DNA from: an uncultured Actinomycetes bacterium
Lineage (GTDB): Bacteria; Actinomycetota; Thermoleophilia; Solirubrobacterales; Solirubrobacteraceae
Direction of reading: 5' to 3'
NCBI GenBank assembly: GCA_963835295.1
Contig: CAWIEX010000012.1
Location: 646,089-678,088, forward strand
Length of the DNA: 32,000 nucleotides
A program made the position numbers and the translations under genes. Of the stretch, positions 8,813 through 16,943 are shown piece by piece; the first letter of the stretch is position 1; the number at the start of each line of letters is the position of its first letter. A model generated the notes under the pieces. That model searched no databases, was not told the origin of the DNA, and saw only the letters and a list, made by a program, of their open reading frames with translations.

Positions 8813-9325
8813 TCAGTCCTCCACGCCGCCCGCGAACGGATGGCGCGCCGCCTCGGCCGAGTCGGCGACCGCGCTCACGCTCGGCTCGCCCTTCAGCGCG
8901 CGCTCGATCGACTCCCTGGTCGCCTGGTAGTTGTAGTCGAAGATCTTCTTGTCGTCCGTGGCTTCCCAGTGGATGAAGACGCCGACGATGAGGCAGAGGT
9001 CGTCGACGTCGCCCGCGGGGATGATCCCGTCGCGTACCGCGTGGACGACGGCGCGCGAGACCGCCGCCTGGGCGGGGCCGAACATCTGCACGGCCTGCGT
9101 CGCGCCCTTCATCGTGACCTTGTTGGAGATGATCGTGTCGGGCTTGCACGGAAGGTTGGGCGTGACCACCGCGAGGAGGTTCGTGTGACCCTCCTTCTGA
9201 TTGACGAGCGAGTTCGCGAACGCCTCGCCGACCGGCCCGCTCTTGGAGCCGATGAGGAGGTCGATGTGGGCGACCTCGTTGCCCTCGCCGACGAGCGACT
9301 CTCCAACCATGAACGCAGCGGCCAT
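8813..9325 (-). CDS. fae: Formaldehyde-activating enzyme (5,6,7,8-tetrahydromethanopterin hydro-lyase)
   Basis: 170 aa. GGAGGA lies 6 nt upstream of ATG 9325. The protein is near-collinear with my recollection of proteobacterial Fae: '[20 protein letters not shown]...[13 protein letters not shown]...[10 protein letters not shown]...GVFIHWEA...HPFA'. Confidence 0.92.
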   Translation of the reverse strand: MAAAFMVGESLVGEGNEVAHIDLLIGSKSGPVGEAFANSLVNQKEGHTNLLAVVTPNLPCKPDTIISNKVTMKGATQAVQMFGPAQAAVSRAVVHAVRDGIIPAGDVDDLCLIVGVFIHWEATDDKKIFDYNYQATRESIERALKGEPSVSAVADSAEAARHPFAGGVED

Positions 9326-9350
9326 GACTCGTCCTCCATATCGTTGTCCG

Positions 9351-10292
9351 GTGCCTGAGAAGTCAGGGAACCGGCCGGCGACTCTAACTTCTGGCGCCGA
9401 GAGGGGTCAAGCGGGCGCCCAGCGGTCCTCCGCACGTGTCCGCGCTGCGACCGTTCGTACCCCCGACGCCGTCGCCGGTGCCGCGCAGCTGGCCTGCGTC
9501 CTGGAGGTCAGCGCCGAGAAGCCGGGCAACATCACGCCGAGCCACGACTTCCACGACACCACCTACGAGGACATGGTGCGCAGCGCGATCGCGGTCGGCC
9601 CCGAGCTTGCGCGCGCGGGTGAGCGCGGCGTGGGCGACACGGTCCTGGCGGTCGTGCAGGCGTCGCGGCGGGCGGCGCCGGCGAACACGAACCTCGGGAT
9701 CGCGTTGCTGCTCGCTCCGCTGGCCAGGGCGGCGCTCTCGGGCGGGCCGCTGCGGGCGGGGCTCGCGGCGACGCTGGGCGCGCTCGACGTGGCCGACGCC
9801 CGGGCCGCGTACGCGGCGATCCGCCTCGCCGGGGCCGGCGGCCTGAGCGAGCGCGTCGAGCACGACGTGCGCTCCGAGCCGACGGTGCGCCTGCGCGAGG
9901 CCATGGCGAGCGCCGCCGCCCGCGACTCGATCGCCGCGGAGTACGTGAGCGACTTCGCCTTGACCTTCGAGACGGCTACTCCCGCGCTCGTCGCGGCGCT
10001 GGGCGACGGGCTCGGCGAGCGCGACGCGATCGTCGAGCTTCACCTGCGGCTGCTCGGCGCCGCGCCGGACACCCTCATCGCGCGCAAGCGCGGCGCCGAG
10101 GCCGCGGCGCGGGTGTCGGCGCGGGCACGCGACGTCCTGAGCGCCGGAGGGGTGCGCACGGCGGCCGGCCAGCAGGCCCTGCGCAGCTTCGATGCGTCGC
10201 TGCGCGAGCCGGGCAACGCGCTGAACCCGGGGACCACCGCCGATCTCGTGACAGCGACTCTGTTCGTCGCGCTGCTCGAAGGTATCCTCTGA
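9351..10292 (+). CDS. Triphosphoribosyl-dephospho-CoA synthase (CitG/MdcB)-like protein, H4MPT-island type
   Basis: In the frame of track ORF 9201..10292. '[25 protein letters not shown]' matches the CitG 'E..xxPKPGxV' region, and '[13 protein letters not shown]' and 'GTTADL' are also present. The start is uncertain. I chose GTG 9351 because TATCGT (TANNNT) lies 6 nt upstream. ATG 9324 would overlap the fae start codon. Confidence 0.65.
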   Translation: MPEKSGNRPATLTSGAERGQAGAQRSSARVRAATVRTPDAVAGAAQLACVLEVSAEKPGNITPSHDFHDTTYEDMVRSAIAVGPELARAGERGVGDTVLAVVQASRRAAPANTNLGIALLLAPLARAALSGGPLRAGLAATLGALDVADARAAYAAIRLAGAGGLSERVEHDVRSEPTVRLREAMASAAARDSIAAEYVSDFALTFETATPALVAALGDGLGERDAIVELHLRLLGAAPDTLIARKRGAEAAARVSARARDVLSAGGVRTAAGQQALRSFDASLREPGNALNPGTTADLVTATLFVALLEGIL

Positions 10293-10341
10293 CGCCGTCG
10301 CACCGGGCGAGCCACTTCTCCTGATTGCTCTGAGCGCGCGC

Positions 10342-11436
10342 ATGCTCGCCGATCTGGCGATGCGCGACGGTCATCGGGTGGCCGCGTTCGATCTCTTCGG
10401 CGACCTCGACCTGCGACGGGGCGGGGCGCGCGTCGTGGCGCTGCCGGGCGGGAGCCTGACCGCGCTGGTCGACGCCGCGATGCACGTGCCGGCAGGTGCT
10501 GTGGTCTACGGGGCGAGCTTCGAGAACCACCCGGCCCTCGTCGCGCGGCTGGCCGAGCGCCACGCGCTGCTGGGCAACGGGCCGCAGACGCTGCGCGCCG
10601 TGCGCGCCCCGCAACGGCTGGGGGCAGCGCTGCGCGACGCCGGCCTCCCGTATCCGCGCACCTTCGCGGCGGCGCCCGAGGATCGCTCGGGCCGCTGGCT
10701 GCGCAAGCCGTTGCGCGGCGGCGGGGGCACGCGCGTGCGCGCGTGGCGCGGCGGCGCGCTTCCGCCCGGCGCGGTCGTGCAGGAGCGCGTCGACGGCGTC
10801 GCGTGCTCGGCGGCGGCCGTCGGTGACGGGGTGGATGCAGTCGTGCTCGGGCTCACCGAGCAGCTCGTCGGGCGCCGGGCGTTCGGCGTGCGCGGCTACC
10901 GCTGGTGCGGGAACGTCGTCCCCCCGCGCCTGCCCGCCAGCGAGCGCGATGCCCTGCTGGGCCAGGCGCGCGCGATCTGCTCGTGCCTGGCCGCGGCGTT
11001 TGCCCTGCGAGGGCTCTTCGGCGTCGACTTCGTCTGGGACGGCGAGCGCGCGTGGACGATCGAGGTCAACCCGCGTCCCACGGCCTCGCTCGAGGCGATC
11101 GAGGCAATTCGGACCCACCCGCCCGGCGTCTTCGACGCGCACCTGCGGGCGTGCGCCGGCGAGCTGCCACAGGTGGAGGGCGAGCGCGCGGGCGCGGCCG
11201 GCAAGGCCGTGCTCTTCGCCACCGAGGACGTCGTCGTCGGCGACAGCGTCGGCTGGCTGGAGCGCGGGGTGCGCGACGTCCCGCGCCCCGGCGAGCGCAT
11301 CGCCGCGGGGCATCCGATCTGCACCCTCGTGGTCGCCGGCGCGACGGCGCAGGACGTGCTCGACGAGCTCGAGGCGCAGGCCGCGCGGTTGCGCGCGGAG
11401 CTCGAGCCGCGCGTGGAGGTGACGGCGGGTGGCTGA
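10342..11436 (+). CDS. ATP-grasp ligase of the H4MPT/methanofuran island (possibly MfnD-like)
   Basis: 364 aa from ATG 10342. ATP-grasp elements are 'WLRKPLRGGGGTRV', 'VVQERVDG' and 'GLFGVDFVWDGERAWTIEVNPRP'. The frame is open from 10252 and encodes 'PLLLIALSAR' just upstream without a canonical start (see finding). Confidence 0.7.
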   Translation: MLADLAMRDGHRVAAFDLFGDLDLRRGGARVVALPGGSLTALVDAAMHVPAGAVVYGASFENHPALVARLAERHALLGNGPQTLRAVRAPQRLGAALRDAGLPYPRTFAAAPEDRSGRWLRKPLRGGGGTRVRAWRGGALPPGAVVQERVDGVACSAAAVGDGVDAVVLGLTEQLVGRRAFGVRGYRWCGNVVPPRLPASERDALLGQARAICSCLAAAFALRGLFGVDFVWDGERAWTIEVNPRPTASLEAIEAIRTHPPGVFDAHLRACAGELPQVEGERAGAAGKAVLFATEDVVVGDSVGWLERGVRDVPRPGERIAAGHPICTLVVAGATAQDVLDELEAQAARLRAELEPRVEVTAGG

Positions 11437-12649
11437 CGCGACTTGCGCCGGGTGCGGGTGCGCCTGCGACGACATCGAGGCGACCATCGCCGATGGGCGG
11501 CTGAGGGTGACGCGGACGTGCGCGCTGGGCGACGCGTGGTTCGCCGACCGGGCCGCCGGGCCGGCCGCCAGCATCGAGGGCCGCGCCGCGAGCGTGGACG
11601 AGGCGGCGGACGCCGCGGCCGAGACCCTCGGGCACGCGCGGGCACCGCTCGTCTACGGCCTGGGCCAGACGAGCGTCGAGGCGCAGCGCCAGGCGGTGGC
11701 GCTCGCCGAGGCGCTCGGCGCGACCGTCGACCCGGGCGGTGCGAGCGGGGCGAGCCTCGCCCACCAGGCACTCGGCTCGAGCACGGCCACCTTCGGCGAG
11801 CTCCGCGACCGCGCCGAGCTCGTCGTCGCGTGGCGAGCGGACCCGGCCGTCACCAACCCGCGCCTGCTGGGCCGATTGCGCCTGGATCGCGCCGCGCGCG
11901 GAGCGCGGACGCTCGTCGTCGTCGACGAGCGGCGCACGGCCACCGCCGAGGAGGCCGACGCCTTCGTCGAGCTCGATGCCGCGCAGGACTTCGAAGCGCT
12001 GTGGGCGCTGCGCGCGCTCGTCGCGCGCGGGCCGCTCGACAGCGACCGCGTGGGGGAGCTGCCGCTCGCGGCCCTGCGCGAGCTGGCCGAGCGCCTGCTC
12101 GGCGCCGAGCGCGTCGCCCTGCTCTACGGCGCCGACGTGGCGGGCGACGAGCTCGTCGCGCTGGCGCTGTTCGCGCTCGTGCGCGATCTCGGCCGCAAGC
12201 GCCACGCGGTCACGCTCGGGCTGCGCGGCGAGGGCAACGCGCGCGGCGCCGAGGACGTCCTCGCGTGGCAGACCGGCTTCCCCGCCGCGGTGAGCTTCGC
12301 CCGCGGTCACCCGCGCGCCAACCCCGGGGAGCTCAGCGCCGCCGCGCTGCTCGAGCGCGGCGAGGTCGACGCCGCGCTCGTCGTGGCCGCCGACCCGCTC
12401 GCGCACCTGCCGGCGCCCGCCGCCCAGCGCTTGCGCGAGCTGCCGACGGTGGTCGTCGACGCGCGGGCGACGGCCACGGCGCAGGCAGCCCGCGTGGCCT
12501 TCGTCACGGCCGTCGACGGTATCGAGGTGGCGGGTACGGTCCACCGCATGGACGGGGTGCCGATCCCGCTGCGGGCGCCGCTGGCCGGCGAGCCTGGGCG
12601 GGCGGGCTCGATCGAGGACGTGCTGGCCGCGATCGCCGGGCGGCTGTGA
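11429..12649 (+). CDS. fhcB: Formylmethanofuran dehydrogenase subunit B homologue / formyltransferase-hydrolase complex subunit B
   Basis: 406 aa. The GTG start overlaps the upstream gene by 8 nt. The N-terminal Cys cluster 'ATCAGCGCACDDIE' and the molybdopterin-oxidoreductase-like body are as in FwdB/FhcB. Confidence 0.8.
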   Translation: MADATCAGCGCACDDIEATIADGRLRVTRTCALGDAWFADRAAGPAASIEGRAASVDEAADAAAETLGHARAPLVYGLGQTSVEAQRQAVALAEALGATVDPGGASGASLAHQALGSSTATFGELRDRAELVVAWRADPAVTNPRLLGRLRLDRAARGARTLVVVDERRTATAEEADAFVELDAAQDFEALWALRALVARGPLDSDRVGELPLAALRELAERLLGAERVALLYGADVAGDELVALALFALVRDLGRKRHAVTLGLRGEGNARGAEDVLAWQTGFPAAVSFARGHPRANPGELSAAALLERGEVDAALVVAADPLAHLPAPAAQRLRELPTVVVDARATATAQAARVAFVTAVDGIEVAGTVHRMDGVPIPLRAPLAGEPGRAGSIEDVLAAIAGRL

Positions 12650-14286
12650 TGCTGCGCATCGCCGGCGGCAGCGTCTACGACCCCGCCAACGGCATCGCGG
12701 GGAAGGTGCGCGACGTCTGCGTACAGGACGGCAAGATCGTCGCCGACGTGCCGTCGCACGCCCGCAGCATCGACGCGCGGGGGATGGTCGTCATGCCGGG
12801 CGGGGTGGACATCCACGCCCACATCGCCGGGCCGGCGGTCAACGCCGCCCGCAAGCTCCTGCCCGAGGAGCATCGCGCCGACGTCCTCGAGCGCACCGCG
12901 ATCTCCCGCGCGGGCAGCGGTGGCACGGTCCCCTCGACGTTCGCCACCGGCTACCGCTACGCGCTGCTGGGCTACACGACCGTGGTCGAGGCCGCCACGC
13001 CGCCGCTGGCGGCCCGCCACACGCTGGCCGAGCTGCGTGACACGCCGGTCATCGATGCCCTCTTCCTCGTGCTGATGGGCAACAACCTGCCGATCTTCGA
13101 GCTCATCCGCCAAGACCCGGCACGCGTGCGCGAGGCGATCGCCTGGTGGCTTCAGGCCACCGGCGGCTACGGCGTCAAGCTCGTCAACCCGGGCGGCGTC
13201 GAGATGTGGAAGCGCAGCAACGCCAACGTGACCTCGCTCGACGACGACGGGCCCGGGGTCACGCCACGCCAGGTCATCGAGACGATCGCCACCGCGGCCC
13301 ACGAGCTGGGGCTGCCGCACCCCGTGCACGTCCACTGCAACAACCTCGGGGTGTCGGGCAACTACCGCACGACCCTGGACACGTTGAACACGCTCGAGGG
13401 CCGTCGCGCCCACCTCGCCCACCTGCAGTTTCACGCCTACGGCGGCAAGCCGGGCGGCCGACCCCGCTCGCGAGCGCCGGAGCTGGCCGAGTATCTTGGC
13501 GCGCACCCGGAGCTCAGCGCCGACATCGGCCAGGTGATGTTCGGCTCGGCGACGACGATGACCGCCGACGCGCCGGTGTCCGCGGTCCTGCGCGACATCA
13601 CGCACGGGCGCTGGGTCAACGCGGACACCGAGGCCGAGACCGGCTGCGGGATCGTCCCGTTCGCCTACCGCGAGAAGAACTACGTCCACGCGCTGCAGTG
13701 GGGGATCGGCCTGGAGCTCTTCCTGCTCAGCCGCGACCCGTGGCGGCTCGTGCTGTCGACCGATCACCCCAACGGCGGCTCGTTCCTGAGCTACCCCCGC
13801 CTGATCCGCCTGCTGATGGATCGCGAGTTCCGCAACGAGCAGATCGGCCGCGTGAACAAGCAGGCCATCAAGCGCACGGTCCTTCTCGACGACCTCGATC
13901 GCGAGTACACGCTCGAGGAGATCGCGATCATCACGCGCGCCGGGCCGGCCCGCCTGCTCGGCCTGCGCGACAAGGGGCACCTCGGCGTGGGCGCCGACGC
14001 CGACATCACGATCTACGACGACCGCGAGGACCGCGAGGAGATGTTCTCCGCGCCGCGCTACGTCATCAAGGACGGGCACGCGGTGGTGGAGGACGGCGAG
14101 CTGCGGGAAACCGGCCCGGGCAACCTGCTGCGCGTCGGCGCCGAGTACGACCCGAGCATCGAGCCGACGCTCGAGGCGCTGTTCGAAGACCGCTACAGCG
14201 TGCGGTTCTCGAGCTATCCGGTACGCGAGCCGTGGCTGCTCGAGCCCGCGCGCACCGTCGCCGCACAGCCGCAGGGATCGCGATGA
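12649..14286 (+). CDS. fhcA: Formylmethanofuran dehydrogenase subunit A homologue (amidohydrolase fold)
   Basis: Taken from ATG 12649 (TGATG junction) inside track ORF 11443..14286. Matching segments are 'MLRIAGGSVYDPANG...VVMPGGVDIHAHIAG...VHVHCNNLG...HLAHLQFHAYGG...STDHPNGG'. Confidence 0.88.
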   Translation: MLRIAGGSVYDPANGIAGKVRDVCVQDGKIVADVPSHARSIDARGMVVMPGGVDIHAHIAGPAVNAARKLLPEEHRADVLERTAISRAGSGGTVPSTFATGYRYALLGYTTVVEAATPPLAARHTLAELRDTPVIDALFLVLMGNNLPIFELIRQDPARVREAIAWWLQATGGYGVKLVNPGGVEMWKRSNANVTSLDDDGPGVTPRQVIETIATAAHELGLPHPVHVHCNNLGVSGNYRTTLDTLNTLEGRRAHLAHLQFHAYGGKPGGRPRSRAPELAEYLGAHPELSADIGQVMFGSATTMTADAPVSAVLRDITHGRWVNADTEAETGCGIVPFAYREKNYVHALQWGIGLELFLLSRDPWRLVLSTDHPNGGSFLSYPRLIRLLMDREFRNEQIGRVNKQAIKRTVLLDDLDREYTLEEIAIITRAGPARLLGLRDKGHLGVGADADITIYDDREDREEMFSAPRYVIKDGHAVVEDGELRETGPGNLLRVGAEYDPSIEPTLEALFEDRYSVRFSSYPVREPWLLEPARTVAAQPQGSR

Positions 14287-15170
14287 GGCTGCACGGCGCC
14301 GAGATCGTGGACACCTTCGCCGAGGCGTTTCCGATGTGGGGCGCGCGCGTCGTCATCACCGCGGCGACGCCGGCCTGGGCGCTGGAGGCGGGCCGCTCGA
14401 TGACCGGCTTCGCCACCTCGGTGATCGGCTGCAAGTGCGAGGCGAGCATCGAGCGCGAGCTCGACCCCGACGAGACGCCCGACGGGCGGCCGGGCGTGAG
14501 CGCGCTGCTCTTCGCGATGGACGCGGAGGGCGTCGGCAAGCGGCTCGTCGAGCGCGTCGGGCAGACGGTGCTGACGTGCCCGACGACGGCGTGCTTCAAC
14601 GGCCTGGGCTCGGAGGACACGGTCGATGTCGGCGGGCAGCTGCGCTACTTCGGGGACGGCTATCAGGCCAGCAAGGTGCTCGACGGGCGGCGGTACTGGC
14701 GCGTGCCGGTGATGGAGGGCGAGTTCCTCGTGCAGGAGCGCTTCGGCGTCGTAGAGGGCGTCGCCGGCGGCAACATCATCATCTTCGCCCGCGCTCACGA
14801 GACGGCGCTGGGCGCAGCGCAGGCGGCGGCGAGCGCCATGCGCGAGGTGCAGGGCGCGATCATGCCCTTCCCGGGCGGCATCGCCCGCAGCGGCAGCAAG
14901 GTCGGCTCGCGCTACAGCGCCCTGCCGGCGTCGACCAACGACGCGCTGTGCCCGACGCTGCGCGGGCAGGTCGAGCACACAGACGTGCCGCCCGACGTCG
15001 AGTCGGTGTTCGAGATCGTCATCGACGGCCTCGCGCTCGAGCCGGTCCGCGAGATGATGCGGCGCGGCCTCGTGGCCGCAGCGCAGGCCGGCGCGAGCCA
15101 CGTCACGGCCGGCAACTACGGCGGCAACCTCGGGCCCCACCACATCCACCTGCGCGAGCTCGTCCCGTGA
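14283..15170 (+). CDS. fhcD: Formylmethanofuran:tetrahydromethanopterin N-formyltransferase
   Basis: Taken from ATG 14283 (ATGA overlap) inside track ORF 13146..15170. Matching segments are 'IVDTFAEAFPMWGARVVITA...GFATSVIGCKCEA...RYWRVPVMEGEF...IMPFPGGIARSGSKVGS'. Confidence 0.88.
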   Translation: MRLHGAEIVDTFAEAFPMWGARVVITAATPAWALEAGRSMTGFATSVIGCKCEASIERELDPDETPDGRPGVSALLFAMDAEGVGKRLVERVGQTVLTCPTTACFNGLGSEDTVDVGGQLRYFGDGYQASKVLDGRRYWRVPVMEGEFLVQERFGVVEGVAGGNIIIFARAHETALGAAQAAASAMREVQGAIMPFPGGIARSGSKVGSRYSALPASTNDALCPTLRGQVEHTDVPPDVESVFEIVIDGLALEPVREMMRRGLVAAAQAGASHVTAGNYGGNLGPHHIHLRELVP

Positions 15171-16084
15171 CCCTCACCCTCACCCTGCGCGAGCAGCCGG
15201 CGGTACCGCTCGAGACCGAGGCGCTCTGCCCCGACCGCCTCGCGGGCGCCAGCCGCGAGGAGATCGAGGGGCTGACCGCGTGGCACGGCAACGAGCGCAC
15301 GCGGCTGGGCGAGTTCTTCGCGGTCTCCGGGAGCGGCGACGACGTGCGTATCGAGGGCGATCTGAGCCGCGTGAAACTCGTCGGGGCGGGGATGAGCGCG
15401 GGCCGGCTGACCGTCGCGGGCCCCGTCGGGATGCACGCCGGGGCCGGCATGCGCGGCGGCGAGCTGCACGTCGAGGGCGACGCCGGCGATTGGGCCGGGG
15501 CGGGCATGCGCGGCGGGCGGCTCGTCGTGCGAGGCTCGGCGGGGCGCCAGCTCGGCGGCGTCTATCCCGGCGAGCGGGCGGGCATGCGCGGCGGCGAGAT
15601 CGTCGTCCATGGCGACGCTGGCCCGCAGGCCGGCGCGGGGCTGCGGCGCGGCCTCATCGCGGTGGCCGGCCGCGTCGGCGACGCCGCCGGCCTGCGCATG
15701 CTGGCCGGGACGATCGTGGCGCTGGGCGGCCTCGGCGCGCGGGCGGGGGCCGGGATGCGGCGCGGCTCGATCGTCACCATGGCGCCGGCGACGCCGCTGG
15801 CGACCTTCGTCTTCTCGTGCGTGTACCGCCCGCCGTTCCTCGCGCTGTACCTGCGCCGGCTGCGCGCGCTCGGCCTTGCGGTGTCGGAGGAGCAGCTCGA
15901 CGGTCGCTACGCGCGCTGGTGCGGTGACGGCCTGGAGCTGCGCCGCGGTGAGATCCTGATCATGGAGGCAGGCACATGGCCCTCTCGCTCAACGAAAGCG
16001 CGCTTGCGCTCGCCGACCGGCTCGCCGCCGAGGCCGACTCCGTCGGTGTCGCGGTCACGACGCTCGCCAACGGCACGCGTCTGA
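15167..16084 (+). CDS. fhcC: Formylmethanofuran dehydrogenase subunit C homologue (beta-helix)
   Basis: The GTG 15167 start uses a GTGA overlap. Repeated 'GxxAGxGMRGGxhxVxG' turns are typical of FwdC/FhcC. Family-like sequence ends near 'RRGEILI' (~15960), but the frame has no stop until 16084, which is 109 nt into mch. Confidence 0.8.
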   Translation: MTLTLTLREQPAVPLETEALCPDRLAGASREEIEGLTAWHGNERTRLGEFFAVSGSGDDVRIEGDLSRVKLVGAGMSAGRLTVAGPVGMHAGAGMRGGELHVEGDAGDWAGAGMRGGRLVVRGSAGRQLGGVYPGERAGMRGGEIVVHGDAGPQAGAGLRRGLIAVAGRVGDAAGLRMLAGTIVALGGLGARAGAGMRRGSIVTMAPATPLATFVFSCVYRPPFLALYLRRLRALGLAVSEEQLDGRYARWCGDGLELRRGEILIMEAGTWPSRSTKARLRSPTGSPPRPTPSVSRSRRSPTARV

Positions 16085-16932
16085 TCGACTGCGGCGCGCA
16101 GGCGCCCGGCGGCTACGAGGCGGGGCGGCGCTTCGCCGAGATCTGCATGGGAGGGCTCGGGATGATCACCTATGCGCCCCAGGTCATCGGCGCGCGCTGG
16201 CTGCCCGGCGTCACGGTGACCACCGACCGCCCCGCCATCGCGTGCCTGGCCGCGCAGTACGCGGGGTGGCGCGTCGACCGCGACGGCTACTTCGCGATGG
16301 GCAGCGGGCCGGGACGCGCGCTCATCCGCGCCGAGGACCTCTACGAGGACCTCGACTGGGACGAGCAGGCGAGCGCGGCGGTGCTGTGCCTGGAGACCCG
16401 CGACGCGCCGCCGGTGGAGGTCGCCGACTTCATCGCGCAGCGCGCGGGCGTCGCGGCGGATGCCCTGACTCTGGTCATGGCGCCGACCGCGAGCATCGCG
16501 GGCGGCGTGCAGATCGCCGCGCGCGTCGTCGAGACCGCGCTGCACAAGCTCCACGAGCTGCACTTCGACGTGCGGCGCGTCGTCGCCGGCTACGGGAGCT
16601 GCCCGCTGCCGCCGGTGGCGGGCGACGACATGAAGGCGATCGGGCGCACGAACGACGCGGTGCTGTACGGCGGGCGGGTCCACCTCACCGTCGAGTCCGA
16701 CGACGACGACGACGCTCTGCGCGAACTCGTCGTGCGCCTTCCCGCCTCCGCATCGTCGGACTACGGCGAGCCCTTCGGCAGCGTCCTGCAGCGCGCGAAC
16801 TTCGACTTCTACGCGATCGACCCGCTGCTCTTCAGCCCCGCGCAGATCAGGCTCACGAGCCTCGCGAGTGGCCGCAGCTTCGAAGCGGGCAGGGTCAGCC
16901 TCGAGGTGCTGGAGCGCTCGTTCTGGGCCTGA
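15976..16932 (+). CDS. mch: Methenyltetrahydromethanopterin cyclohydrolase
   Basis: 318 aa. GGAGG lies 7 nt upstream of ATG 15976. Matching segments are 'SLNESALALADRL...LIDCGAQAPGGYEAGRRFAEICMGGLG...GWRV...YFAMGSGPGRAL'. Confidence 0.9.
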   Translation: MALSLNESALALADRLAAEADSVGVAVTTLANGTRLIDCGAQAPGGYEAGRRFAEICMGGLGMITYAPQVIGARWLPGVTVTTDRPAIACLAAQYAGWRVDRDGYFAMGSGPGRALIRAEDLYEDLDWDEQASAAVLCLETRDAPPVEVADFIAQRAGVAADALTLVMAPTASIAGGVQIAARVVETALHKLHELHFDVRRVVAGYGSCPLPPVAGDDMKAIGRTNDAVLYGGRVHLTVESDDDDDALRELVVRLPASASSDYGEPFGSVLQRANFDFYAIDPLLFSPAQIRLTSLASGRSFEAGRVSLEVLERSFWA

Positions 16933-16943
16933 CCGTCGCGATC

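Noticed and set aside
8813-8815. The in-frame TGA between fae and the SDR (and TAG 7606-7608 between pcd and the DHPS-like gene) as selenocysteine, pyrrolysine or programmed read-through sites
   Set aside because: I could recognise no SECIS-like hairpin immediately downstream. Fae and PCD are full-length at their stops. A shared frame has a 1-in-3 chance for each pair. Read-through is kept only as a minor alternative in the start-codon findings.
11443-12648. The 947-aa ORF 11443..14286 as a single FhcB-FhcA-like giant protein
   Set aside because: The first ~400 aa are an out-of-frame Arg-rich shadow of fhcB. FhcA homology starts at ATG 12649.
15171-15187. The tandem repeat CCCTCACCCTCACCCTG at the fhcC 5' end
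   Set aside because: It is only about two and a half copies of a hexamer encoding TLTLTL inside a CDS, and nothing points to a regulatory or slippage role.
11429-16084. A true Mo/W formylmethanofuran dehydrogenase (fwd/fmd) operating reductively
   Set aside because: Only the B, A, D(ftr) and C homologues are present. There are no FwdD/E/F/G-type subunits and no in-frame TGA (Sec) in subunit B. This arrangement matches the bacterial formyltransferase/hydrolase complex, though that cannot be proven from sequence alone.
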